Positions 43,929 through 54,188 of a stretch of 64,000 nucleotides of DNA are shown here, piece after piece. Source of the stretch: Flavobacteriaceae bacterium (GTDB taxonomy: Bacteria > Bacteroidota > Bacteroidia > Flavobacteriales > Flavobacteriaceae); NCBI GenBank assembly GCA_038143595.1, contig JAYQME010000002.1, positions 151,788 to 215,787 on the forward strand, given 5' to 3'. A program made the position numbers and the translations under genes. The notes beneath the pieces are model-generated. The model made no database searches, was not told where the DNA came from, and saw nothing but the letters and a program-made list of their open reading frames with translations. Each line of letters starts with the position of its first letter. The first letter of the stretch is position 1.

Positions 43929-44580
43929 AATCTTCAAATTGCTTATAAATGATTTGATTAACCAACTCAGCGTGCTGGTCAATTTGCTCTTTAGAGAATA
44001 CCTCTGTGCCATATTGACTTTTCATGAGGTGTGCCAGCATAAAAAATCCACTAGAGGCACCCATAATAATTGATATAAAATTAGCTCTAGGAATAGCTTT
44101 AAACTCCTTAAGAGAATCTAACGGCTCTTCTATACTTTTTTCTCCAAACCAGATTACCGGTGTAAACAATTGTTCTATAATATAGTTGGAGCGCCAATTG
44201 TCTTGCCCCATTTCTTGAAAAATTATCTTGTAAAGAGAGGGGTTTTCTGCCAAAAAATAAATGTATTGTCTGGTGTAGGCTCTTAACGCCATGGTTCCAG
44301 ATAGATCTATGTAATAACTTTTTATATGCTCAAAGCGAGCCACTAATTTATCACCTAAAAAACTAATTGATTTTTTCCACAAATCGGCTTTATTTTCAAA
44401 GCGATAATTAATGAGAGGATTGGTTACTCCCACGGCTTGTGCTACGTCTTTTAACTGGGCTCCATCATAGCCTTTTTCTGCAAAAACTTTAAGGGCAGCG
44501 ACTAAAATATCATTTAAGTCTAGGGTTTGGGATAAACTTGGTCTCCCTCTTTTTCTTTTAGGGGCTCCATTATTGGACAT
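43927..44580 (-). CDS. TetR/AcrR family transcriptional regulator
   Basis: RGRP followed by the HTH ALKVFAEKGYDGAQLKDVAQAVGVTNPLINYRFENKADLW. Confidence 0.92.
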   Translation of the reverse strand: MSNNGAPKRKRGRPSLSQTLDLNDILVAALKVFAEKGYDGAQLKDVAQAVGVTNPLINYRFENKADLWKKSISFLGDKLVARFEHIKSYYIDLSGTMALRAYTRQYIYFLAENPSLYKIIFQEMGQDNWRSNYIIEQLFTPVIWFGEKSIEEPLDSLKEFKAIPRANFISIIMGASSGFFMLAHLMKSQYGTEVFSKEQIDQHAELVNQIIYKQFED

Positions 44581-44675
44581 AAATTAGTTTTAGTTGGCGA
44601 AAAATACATCTTTTTTTTTAATTCTAATAAAAACAAAAATGTTCTAATCACCCTTTTTAACTGGCACGAAAATTT

Positions 44676-45965
44676 TTAAGATTTACCCTGGAGTTCTTTG
44701 GCTACAGTTTCTACTGCTTCCATTACCCGCAACAAATTACCTCCCCATATTTTTCCAATCTCTTCTTCGGTATACCCTCTTTTTACTAATTCCCTAGTAA
44801 CATTAAGGGTTTCAGAAGCATCTTGCCAACCTTCGATTCCACCTCCACCATCAAAATCAGAACTTATTCCTACATGATCAATCCCTATTTTATTTTTTAT
44901 ATAATCGATATGATCTACAAAATCAATGACTGAAACAGGAGGGTAAAGATCCTTTACCACCGCTAATTTATCCTTAGCTAGCGTGTTTAATCTTTTCCTT
45001 TTCTCTAAGTAAATCTCGAGTTCTTCAAAAGACAAAGCCCTCATTTCATATTTGTCTAGCACTGGGATTTGATGTTCTTTCCCTACAAGTCTCAAAACAG
45101 AATCTTTAGCTTTATGAAAAGCCTTATGCTTTTCTGTGTGCAAATAAGAACTAAAGGCAACTGTTTGAACAACTCCTCCACTTTCTTTTACCCATTCCAG
45201 TTGCTCGTCATCTAGATTTCTAGAATGATCACAAAGTGCCCTAGCAGAAGAATGTGACGCCATTATCGGAGCTTTAGACAGCAGAGCCATTTGACGAATA
45301 GCTTCTTTTGAGGGATGAGAAATATCAACCATAATTCCATGGTAATTCATCTCTTCAATTACGTTTTTACCCAATTCACTTAAACCATTATGGAGGAAAA
45401 CGCCATCTTTTTCTCCAGTATTAGAATCGGATAATTGACTATGGCCATTGTGAGCTAATGAAATATAACGTGCTCCTTGGTCGTAAAACTTTTTAACGTT
45501 ACCAATATCTTCCCCTATAGGATAACCATTCTCAACGCCAATCATAGCTACTTTTTTCCCGCTCTTCCAAATTCTTCTTACATCTGCTGCGGTTCTTGCT
45601 AATTCAATTTGATCAGGTGCATATCTATCTACCAATCTATGAATAGCTTCAAACTTTGAAACAGCGTTAGCAGCAGCCTTTTTAAAACCTGAATCCGTTA
45701 AACTATCTTGACCCGTATAAACAATAAACCAAGAAACATCTAGTCCTCCTTCGTGCATATTGGGTAAATTAACTTGAGATTTTGTCTTCTGAGTATAATT
45801 AATACTATCCGTGAAATTTCCCACGTTAATGTCATCGTGAGTATCAATTGTAATCACCGCCTCATGTATCCGCTCAGCTTCCGAAATAGTTTTGTGTTTT
45901 TGGTTGGATTCACAGCCCATGTTAATCACTCCTAAAGTGATTAAAACTAAAGATATTTTTTTCAT
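44676..45965 (-). CDS. Membrane dipeptidase (M19) lipoprotein
   Basis: IDTHDD, GVENG, VDISH, ASHS and SSDFDGGG motifs; signal peptide ending in Cys. Confidence 0.9.
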   Translation of the reverse strand: MKKISLVLITLGVINMGCESNQKHKTISEAERIHEAVITIDTHDDINVGNFTDSINYTQKTKSQVNLPNMHEGGLDVSWFIVYTGQDSLTDSGFKKAAANAVSKFEAIHRLVDRYAPDQIELARTAADVRRIWKSGKKVAMIGVENGYPIGEDIGNVKKFYDQGARYISLAHNGHSQLSDSNTGEKDGVFLHNGLSELGKNVIEEMNYHGIMVDISHPSKEAIRQMALLSKAPIMASHSSARALCDHSRNLDDEQLEWVKESGGVVQTVAFSSYLHTEKHKAFHKAKDSVLRLVGKEHQIPVLDKYEMRALSFEELEIYLEKRKRLNTLAKDKLAVVKDLYPPVSVIDFVDHIDYIKNKIGIDHVGISSDFDGGGGIEGWQDASETLNVTRELVKRGYTEEEIGKIWGGNLLRVMEAVETVAKELQGKS

Positions 45966-46037
45966 TTTTTTTTCAACTACTTATTTCACACAATTTAATA
46001 ATATTTAAATTCACAAAAGAATTAAATAGATTTTAGC

Positions 46038-47353
46038 ATGAATAAATTGTTGCAATGGTCAATTACGGCTGCACTGGCAGGCTTCCTTTTTGGATTTGAT
46101 ACGGTAGTAATCTCTGGGGCAGATAAACAACTTCAATCGCTTTGGGATTCATCTGACTTTTTTCATGGGACTATAGTCATGGCTATGGCGCTATGGGGAA
46201 CTGTTGTAGGCTCCCTGTTTGGCAGTATCCCTACCCGTATTTTAGGCAGAAAACAAACCCTTTTATGGATAGGGATTTTGTATACCGTTTCTGCTTTAGG
46301 ATCGGCTTTTGCAAATGACCCTTATGTCTTCGCGTTTTTTCGTTTTTTAGGGGGTCTAGGTGTAGGTGCATCAACCATTGCTGCTCCCGCTTATATTTCT
46401 GAAATTGCCCCTGCAAAAGACCGCGGACGTTTGGTTGGCCTATATCAATTTAATATTGTTTTTGGAATTCTAATCGCTTTTGTATCGAACTACCTCCTGA
46501 GTGATTGGGTGAAAATGCTTGGCGCTACATGATGGGAATAGAAGCCCTTCCTGCGCTTGTTTACACCGCGATGGTTATTGGCATACCAAAAAGTCCCCGT
46601 TGGTTGTATTTAAATAACGAAAAAGAAAAAGCCGAAGCCATTATACGTTCCGCATATAATGAGATAGATGCCAATCAACTCATTGATGATATCTCTAAAG
46701 AACAAGTGGTTCATCCTGCTAATGAAAGTATATTTACACCCAAGTATCGGTTTATTCTTAAACTTGCTTTCCTCATTGCTTTTTTTAATCAATTCTCAGG
46801 GATAAATGCTTTCTTGTACTATGCGCCACGTATTTTTGAAGAAGGAGGATTAGGAAACAGTACTGCTTTATTGAGCAGTGTTGGAATCGGAGTAATTAAC
46901 TTAATTTTTACCCTTATTGGAATTAACCTCATTGATCGATTGGGGAGAAAAACCCTTATGTATATTGGATCTGTCGGATACATTATTTCCCTTTCCCTTA
47001 TTGCAGCCTCTTTTTTATTAGCATGGGAGGGCTTAGCCCTACCTGTTTTCTTATTCCTTTTTATTGCCTCGCATGCAATTGGACAAGGAGCAGTAATTTG
47101 GGTCTTCATCTCTGAAATATATCCCAATCATTTACGTAGTGCAGGACAATCTTTTGGCACCTCGACCCACTGGGTCTTAGCCGCTATTATCCCTTCTTTA
47201 GTGCCGGTTTTATTTGCTAGTATTGGTGCAGGAATTGTTTTTGCCGTTTTTGCTTTTATGATGGTACTTCAACTCTTATTTGTGTATTTTTGGATGCCAG
47301 AAACAAAAGGTTTTTCACTAGAGTCGTTAGCTCAACACTTAATTGAGAGATAA
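46038..47353 (+). CDS. Sugar porter family MFS transporter, frameshifted near 46505
   Basis: GFLFGFDT, YISEIAP..DRG, PKSPRWL, QFSGIN and PETKG motifs; one added base joins the two ORFs. Confidence 0.92.
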
Positions 47354-48820
47354 TGAAAAGAAATCTTTTATGCTGTTCTAATCATATTATTACTATCCTG
47401 TAGTGATCGTAGTAAAAAAAACATACAAATGAGCGAAGAAAAATTATACCGCCCATCTTTCCATTTTACACCAAAAAACAATTGGATGAATGATCCTAAC
47501 GGGATGTTCTTCTTTAACGACACCTACCATCTTTATTTTCAGTATTATCCGGAAGGAAATAAATGGGGACCTATGCATTGGGGACATGCAACTAGCCAAG
47601 ATATGATTCGCTGGGAGGAGCAACCCATTGCTTTATACCCCGATGAAATGGGATATATCTTTTCGGGAAGTGCAGTAGTTGATCGCAACAATACTTCTGG
47701 CTTTGGGAAAGACGGCATAACCCCTATCGTTGCCATTTTCACCCATCATAATATGGACAAAGAACGTGCAGAACAAGTAGATGTAGAAACGCAAAGTATT
47801 GCCTATTCCTTAGACGAAGGGATGACATGGACCAAATACGCAGGAAACCCTGTCATTGAAAACCCAAATATCCGCGATTTTAGAGATCCAAAAGTAATTT
47901 GGGACGATCAAACTAACCAATGGATTCTTACACTTGCTGCGCACGATAATGTGCGTTTCTATTCCTCACCTAATTTAAAAGACTGGACCTTTTTATCTGA
48001 CTTCGGACTTGGACTTGGACATCATGGAGGGGTTTGGGAATGTCCTGATTTATTCCCTTTAAAAATAAAAGACAGCGGAGAAACCAAATGGGTGTTGTTA
48101 GTGAGTATTAACCCAGGAGGCCCCAACGGAGGTAGTGCTACACAATATTTTATAGGAGATTTTGATGGGAAAAACTTCATCATGGATTCAGAGTTTGCAT
48201 CGGAATTAGCGGCGAAAAATAACTTCTGGATTGACTTCGGACGAGATAACTACGCTGGAGTTACGTGGCAAAACACGGAACGTCCTAATGGAAATAAATT
48301 ATTTATCGGATGGATGTCTAACTGGGACTATGCACAAGAAGTACCTACTGAAAAATGGCGTTCTGCCATGACGATTGCAAGAGAAATTGGTCTTGTTAAA
48401 ACTGAACAAGGATATCGTTTGACCTCTACTCCAGTAAAAGAAATACAAGGGAGTTTGACACAGCTCAAAAGAGAAGAGCAAGAGTTGATTGGCTATATGG
48501 ATCTTACTTTAAATCCTATTAACGCAAATAAAAAAGTCGGTTATCGTCTAAGTAATGCTATTGGAGAACAGCTAGAATTTGGTTATGACCCTAGAGAAAA
48601 TAGCTTTTATGTCGATCGAACAAAAGCGGGGAAAAAAGATTTTTCAGAAAAATTTGCCCATTCTATTTCTACAGCACCCCGATTATATACTGAAGCAACT
48701 ATTAAAGGAATATTGGTCTTAGACAAGACTTCGATTGAACTCTTCTGGGACAATGGAGAAACTGTTTTGACCGAAATTTTCTTCCTCAATGCACCTTTTG
48801 ATACAATGAAATCGTTCTAA
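47353..48820 (+). CDS. GH32 levanase / beta-fructofuranosidase, probably a lipoprotein with a frameshift in the signal peptide
   Basis: WMNDPNG, FSGS, FRDPK and WECPD motifs. The ATG at 47353 overlaps the upstream stop, and YAVLIILLLSC is in frame with the 47429 ORF. Confidence 0.92.
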
Positions 48821-48854
48821 AATAAAACTTATCAATAGACAGAAGAAATATAGT

Positions 48855-49745
48855 ATGGCAAAAAAAGTCATTTGTTTTGGCGAAGTACTTTGGGATGTCT
48901 TTCCTACACACCAAAAAATTGGTGGGGCACCGTTAAATGTTGCTCTTCGGTTAAATTCGCTCGGAATAGAGACAGCTATTGCTAGTCAGGTAGGAGAAGA
49001 TGACCTTGGAGATAAACTTCTTTCGTTTATTAACAAAGAATCGGTCTCTTCTTTATTGGTTCAAAAAAGCAAAACTTATCCTACCGGTCAAGTGAATGTT
49101 GTTTTAGATGATAAAGGTGCTGCTTCTTATGAAATTGCTCATCCGGCGGCTTGGGATACAATAAGTATCGAGAAAACACTCTTAGATAGTGTTAAGACTA
49201 CACCCTTCTTTCTATTTGGCAGCTTAATTGCTAGAGATAATGTATCCAAAGAGACTCTTTTTAAGTTATTGGAAAATGCTCAATTCAAAATTTTTGATAT
49301 CAATTTACGCCCTCCTCATTATGATTATGCACTTTTAATGGAGCTTATGACCCAAGCGGATTTCATCAAATTTAACGAAGATGAGTTATTAGAGATCTGT
49401 AGCTACTATAACGGACCAAAAGCAGGAATTAAAGAACAGCTCCTATTTATTTCACATAAAACCAATACCCAGCAACTATGCGTTACCCTGGGGGAAGAAG
49501 GAGCTTTATTATATGACCATGGCGAATGGGTGTCCCAACAAGGATTTGCAATTAAAGTAGCCGATACCGTTGGGGCAGGAGACTCTTTTCTAGCCACCTT
49601 AGTGGCAGGACTAATTTCTAATCGTCCACTAGCAGAGCGCTTACAACATGCTTGTGCTATGGGAGCAATTGTCGCTTCAAAAAAAGGAGCTAATCCTGTA
49701 ATTCCTGAAAGAGAACTCTTGGATTTTATCAAATCTTCTCTTTAA
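48855..49745 (+). CDS. PfkB family carbohydrate kinase (fructokinase)
   Basis: GGAPLNVA, DINLRP and DTVGAGDSF motifs; adjacent to GH32. Confidence 0.9.
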   Translation: MAKKVICFGEVLWDVFPTHQKIGGAPLNVALRLNSLGIETAIASQVGEDDLGDKLLSFINKESVSSLLVQKSKTYPTGQVNVVLDDKGAASYEIAHPAAWDTISIEKTLLDSVKTTPFFLFGSLIARDNVSKETLFKLLENAQFKIFDINLRPPHYDYALLMELMTQADFIKFNEDELLEICSYYNGPKAGIKEQLLFISHKTNTQQLCVTLGEEGALLYDHGEWVSQQGFAIKVADTVGAGDSFLATLVAGLISNRPLAERLQHACAMGAIVASKKGANPVIPERELLDFIKSSL

Positions 49746-49777
49746 AAAGATTTGGATTATCTTCGTAAAAAAACATT

Positions 49778-50596
49778 GTGTTCAATTTTTTACCTCCACA
49801 ATTCACTCCTTTTAATTCCTCAGAGAATTTAAAACAATTCTTATCTCCTGCGGGAGTTATGTTCTTTGTCATGGATCGTCCAGAAGTACACAATGCATTC
49901 GACGAAAAACTTATTGACGAAATGACACAAGCGTTACTCGAATGTGAAGAAAATCCAGAAGTTAAAGTATTGGTTTTAACTGGGGCTGGGAAAAACTTTT
50001 CGGCCGGGGGAGATATTAATTACATGAGAGAGATCGGACAAAAGAATTTTGAGGAAAACAAAAAAGATGCACTTGCACTAGCAGAATTAATGCATACGCT
50101 TAATGAATTCCCAAAACCCACCATTGCTCGAGTCAATGGCGCAGCTTTTGGAGGTGGAGTTGGTTTGGTTTGTGCGTGTGATATGGCTTTTGGAACCCCT
50201 TCCACAAAAATATGCTTAAGTGAGGTAAAAATAGGTATGGTTCCTGCTACAATTGGACCTTATGTAATTAAAGCAATTGGACCACGAAATGCACATCGTC
50301 TTATGCTAACCGCCGAGATTATGCAGGGGCAAAAAGCAGTGAACTGTGGTTTTTTGGCGGATGTTTTTGATCAAGAAAATTTCGATAAGAGCGTAAATAA
50401 AATAGCTGAAAAAATCTCTAACAATGGACCCGAAGCTTTACAAATCACCAAAGCGATTCTACACAACTTAACCCACCAACCTATTAACGAGGGTGTAATT
50501 GATTATACTGCTGAAGTAATTGCGCAGGTGCGTTCATCCGAAGAGGGTAAAGAAGGCCTTTCTGCATTTCTAGAAAAAAGAAACCCTAAATTTTAA
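49778..50596 (+). CDS. Enoyl-CoA hydratase, methylglutaconyl-CoA hydratase (LiuC)-like
   Basis: RPEVHNAF, SAGGD, AFGGGVGL, SEVKIGMVPATIGPYV and EGLSAFLEKR motifs. Confidence 0.85.
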   Translation: MFNFLPPQFTPFNSSENLKQFLSPAGVMFFVMDRPEVHNAFDEKLIDEMTQALLECEENPEVKVLVLTGAGKNFSAGGDINYMREIGQKNFEENKKDALALAELMHTLNEFPKPTIARVNGAAFGGGVGLVCACDMAFGTPSTKICLSEVKIGMVPATIGPYVIKAIGPRNAHRLMLTAEIMQGQKAVNCGFLADVFDQENFDKSVNKIAEKISNNGPEALQITKAILHNLTHQPINEGVIDYTAEVIAQVRSSEEGKEGLSAFLEKRNPKF

Positions 50597-50651
50597 TCTT
50601 CGTGATTAAATCTTAAGTTCTATCTTAGTCCCTTAATTATTAATTACATAT

Positions 50652-52355
50652 ATGAATTTTAAAAACATTTTTTACTTATTGGTTTCAGTACTTGTAATAA
50701 GCTGTACCAATGACGAAGTAACCAGTGACCTTCAATCGCAAATTGATAGGTTAGAATCTACCATTGAGACTCTTCAAGGTACTATTCAAACATTACAAAC
50801 AAATGTGGGTGCAGCCACTACTGCAAATTCTGCATTATCTGACCAACTTTCTGATGCACAGGCTGCTATCCAAGCTGCACAAAATTTAATCAGTAGCAAC
50901 GGAAACAATGTAACCTCCAACCAAACCGCCATTTCTTCAGCAACGTCTGATATTAATGGTTTAGACAGTCAAATTTCTGCTCTTTTAACTCGCCTTGCTT
51001 TTTTACAAGAAGCGTTAGAAGGAGTAAGCTATAACCAAGCTGTGAATCTAGAAGCTACGGGTACATTATCGGAACAAACACCCTCACAAGCTAGACAAAC
51101 AATTTATGGTCGATGGGATATTGGCGGAAGTGGTGCTGCGAAAAGCGCTTCTGCAGATAGAAATGGCTGCTCTTTTGAATTTATTGAGTTTTTAGATGAC
51201 AGTTACCTCTTAGTAATTGCTCTTCCAGAAGACGAAGTAGGTGTTCTCTTTGGAGATTACGTTTTAAATGAAAACGCTGATGGAGACGTAACAAGCGTAG
51301 ACTTAATGTTTGATGCGGGAGATATTACTGCTCGCGTAGCAAGATTGACCAATGTAGTGGTGACGGAAACAGCAGGGGAACTAAGTGCTTCTTTTGATGT
51401 TGAGCTTACACTTCCTGAAGATATTCAGACTTGTCAAACTTCTTTACCTGGAAGCGTAACTGCACCAAAAGAAGAACCAGTTGACGAAGCGCTTACAGCC
51501 AATGCAGTAAGTAATCACGCGCTTTTAATTGGTGAATGGTCCCTGAAAGATTACCAATCTTCGGTTGGTGAAAACTTGCAGACAATTTTAACTGCTAATT
51601 GTATTGACTATGACGAATCAACAGGTGAAGAATCCATTGATCCTAATTGTGAAGCTGCAGGAAGTGCGATTGTTAATTTTTCTGACTTTGGTACTTATTC
51701 AATTTCAATATTAGCCCAAAATGGGCAGCCTTTAGATGTAGAAATTGGAGGTTGGTACTGGGAAGACGATCAAAATACTTTCGTTGTCTTTGATGAAGAA
51801 GACGAAGATGATTCAGAATTTGACGTAGTTTCTCTTAATGAAAATGAATTTATCATTTCAGGTAGTCATTTCAACTATGATATTGTATTTGGAGACAGTA
51901 ATGTTCCTGAATATTCTGGTGTTTTTGGCAATGTAGGTTACGGTGCGGATGAAAACGGAAACCACACATTTAATTTCCCGTCCTCTGCTGAAAGTTGGGG
52001 TGGATTTGCCAATCAGAATGCTGCTATTTACCCAATGTCTTTCCCTAATGGTGGGAAAATTTCATTTTCGGGCTCAGCCCCTACTTCGGATGTAGAATTG
52101 TTCTTCAAGTTTGAGCGTGCTCCATTCCCTGAGGTAGACCCAGCTTTTGAAACTCCAATCGCAGTGGTTAGTGGCGCTGACCTAACCTCTTACAGCGTGG
52201 AAATCCCACCTCAAGATCCTTCAAATACTTTTAGTTCTGCTTTATTTTACCTGATTACTAGAGATACAGATGTAATTATTTCTAATTTTTCAATCCAAGC
52301 GTATACTGAAGTTGAAGAGCGTGTGACTGAAACCTTTACTTTTTCTAAATACTAG
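50652..52355 (+). CDS. Hypothetical acidic lipoprotein: coiled coil, lipocalin-like domains and an inserted beta-sandwich
   Basis: Lipobox VISC, heptad region, and IYGRW and LIGEW GxW motifs. Confidence 0.75.
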   Translation: MNFKNIFYLLVSVLVISCTNDEVTSDLQSQIDRLESTIETLQGTIQTLQTNVGAATTANSALSDQLSDAQAAIQAAQNLISSNGNNVTSNQTAISSATSDINGLDSQISALLTRLAFLQEALEGVSYNQAVNLEATGTLSEQTPSQARQTIYGRWDIGGSGAAKSASADRNGCSFEFIEFLDDSYLLVIALPEDEVGVLFGDYVLNENADGDVTSVDLMFDAGDITARVARLTNVVVTETAGELSASFDVELTLPEDIQTCQTSLPGSVTAPKEEPVDEALTANAVSNHALLIGEWSLKDYQSSVGENLQTILTANCIDYDESTGEESIDPNCEAAGSAIVNFSDFGTYSISILAQNGQPLDVEIGGWYWEDDQNTFVVFDEEDEDDSEFDVVSLNENEFIISGSHFNYDIVFGDSNVPEYSGVFGNVGYGADENGNHTFNFPSSAESWGGFANQNAAIYPMSFPNGGKISFSGSAPTSDVELFFKFERAPFPEVDPAFETPIAVVSGADLTSYSVEIPPQDPSNTFSSALFYLITRDTDVIISNFSIQAYTEVEERVTETFTFSKY

Positions 52356-52376
52356 AAAGAAAGATCATTTTTTATT

Positions 52377-52410
52377 AAAAAAAGCCCTGTCAAATGACAG
52401 GGCTTTTTTT
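52377..52410. terminator. Bidirectional intrinsic terminator
   Basis: AAAAAAAGCCCTGTCA-aa-TGACAGGGCTTTTTTT between the lipoprotein gene and tRNA-Leu. Confidence 0.9.
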
Positions 52411-52411
52411 G

Positions 52412-52493
52412 TACCTCGGGTGGGAATCGAACCCACACTCCCGAAAGAACTGGATTTTGAATCCAGCGCGTCTACCAGTTCCGCCACCGAGGC
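52412..52493 (-). tRNA. tRNA-Leu (CAA)
   Basis: Minus strand has a GCCTCGG/CCGAGGT acceptor stem, CTGGA-TT-CAA-AA-TCCAG anticodon arm and GGTTCGATTCC. Confidence 0.96.
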
Positions 52494-52572
52494 TCGGGTG
52501 GACAAAATTAAACAAATAATTTTCAAGACCTAGAATTTATATTAAATTAAGTCCTTTTGGAAAATAAATTTT

Positions 52573-52580
52573 TACATTTG
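52573..52580 (+). promoter_or_regulatory. Bacteroidota -7 promoter element for prs-rplY
   Basis: TACATTTG upstream of prs. Confidence 0.6.
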
Positions 52581-52606
52581 CAGTCCCTAAACAAAATATA
52601 ATTAAA

Positions 52607-53548
52607 GTGTTAGGTAAAATGACAGAGGCAAAAATATTTAGCTGTACTCAAAGTGAAGAATTAGCAACGCGTATCGCAGCTAATTTTGGTATCCCGATGG
52701 GAAATGTAGCTTTCTCCCGCTATAGCGATGGAGAATTTCAACCCTCCTTTGAAGAGTCTGTTAGAGGATCGAGAGTGTTTATCGTTGGATCTACTCATCC
52801 AAGTTCTGATAACCTAATGGAAATGCTTCTAATGTTAGATGCAGCAAAGCGTGCATCTGCTCGTCATATTACTGCTGTAATGCCTTATTTTGGCTGGGCA
52901 AGACAAGACAGAAAAGATAAACCCCGCGTTCCGATTGGTGCTAAGATGATTGCCAAATTACTTGAAACAGCAGGGGCAACTCGAATCATTACAATGGATT
53001 TACACGCAGATCAAATTCAAGGTTTCTTTGAAAAACCTGTTGATCACTTATTTGCTTCTTCTATTTTTGTCCCTTACATACAAAGCCTTAATCTAGATAA
53101 CCTAACCATTGCCTCTCCAGACATGGGGGGATCTAAAAGAGCATACGCTTATTCAAAATTTTTGAAAAGTGATGTAGTTATTTGCTACAAGCAGCGTCAA
53201 AAAGCCAATGTAATTTCTCATATGGAACTCATTGGTGATGTGAACGGGAAAAATGTCATTTTAGTAGATGACATGGTAGATACTGCAGGTACATTAACTA
53301 AAGCGGCTGAATTAATGATCGAAAGAGGTGCTAAATCAGTTAGAGCAGTATGTACGCATGGAATCTTATCTGGTTCTGCTCATGAACGTGTTGAGAATTC
53401 TAAACTTGAAGAACTTATTATCACGGATAGTATTCCTAGTAAAATGAAAAGTTCAAAAATTAGAATTTTAAGTTGTGCCGAGCTATTTGGGTCTACCATG
53501 CGCAACGTACATATCAATAAATCGATTAACGAAAATTTTATTAATTAA
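52607..53548 (+). CDS. prs: Ribose-phosphate pyrophosphokinase
   Basis: PYFGWARQDRK, DLHADQIQGFF and VDDMVDTAGT motifs. Confidence 0.97.
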   Translation: MLGKMTEAKIFSCTQSEELATRIAANFGIPMGNVAFSRYSDGEFQPSFEESVRGSRVFIVGSTHPSSDNLMEMLLMLDAAKRASARHITAVMPYFGWARQDRKDKPRVPIGAKMIAKLLETAGATRIITMDLHADQIQGFFEKPVDHLFASSIFVPYIQSLNLDNLTIASPDMGGSKRAYAYSKFLKSDVVICYKQRQKANVISHMELIGDVNGKNVILVDDMVDTAGTLTKAAELMIERGAKSVRAVCTHGILSGSAHERVENSKLEELIITDSIPSKMKSSKIRILSCAELFGSTMRNVHINKSINENFIN

Positions 53549-53554
53549 ATCAAT

Positions 53555-54166
53555 ATGAAATCTATTACAATTAACGGATCTAAAAGAGAAAGCGTAGGCA
53601 AAAAGTCGACGAAAGCCTTACGTAATGCTGAGATGGTTCCCTGTGTACTGTATGGCGAAAACGAGCCCATGCACTTTGCAGCGAAAGAACTTGATTTCAA
53701 CAAACTGGTGTATACACCTAACGCCCACACCGTAGTTATTAAAACTGAACAGGGCGATTTTAATGCTATTCTTCAGGATATTCAGTATCACCCAGTAAGT
53801 GATAAAATTCTTCATGTAGACTTTTATCAAATCAGTGATAACAAAGAAATTTCAATGAATATTCCTGTTCGTGTTGAGGGAGCTGCTCCTGGAGTATTAA
53901 ATAGCGGTGGTACACTAATCCTTAACAAACGTAAATTAAGAGTACGTGCTTTACCTCAGAATCTACCTGATGAAATCGTTGCTAACATTTCTGAATTAGA
54001 GTTAGGTAATAAATTATACACCGCTCAAATTGCGCAAGAAAAATTCTCTTTCTTACACCCAGACAATACAGTTGTTTGCCAAGTTAAAACTTCTAGAGCT
54101 TCCATTAAAAGTGAAGCTACTGAAGAAGGTGCTGAGGAAGGAACAGAAGAAGCTGCTGCAGAATAA
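53555..54166 (+). CDS. rplY: 50S ribosomal protein L25 / general stress protein Ctc
   Basis: VPCVLYG and [15 protein letters not shown] motifs; prs-rplY-pth order. Confidence 0.95.
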   Translation: MKSITINGSKRESVGKKSTKALRNAEMVPCVLYGENEPMHFAAKELDFNKLVYTPNAHTVVIKTEQGDFNAILQDIQYHPVSDKILHVDFYQISDNKEISMNIPVRVEGAAPGVLNSGGTLILNKRKLRVRALPQNLPDEIVANISELELGNKLYTAQIAQEKFSFLHPDNTVVCQVKTSRASIKSEATEEGAEEGTEEAAAE

Positions 54167-54188
54167 ACATTTACAGTTTTGTAAGTAT

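Noticed and set aside
44661-44677. TGGCACG resembling a sigma-54 -24 element
   Set aside because: The -12 position reads TTTT rather than TTGC, and it points antisense into the dipeptidase gene.
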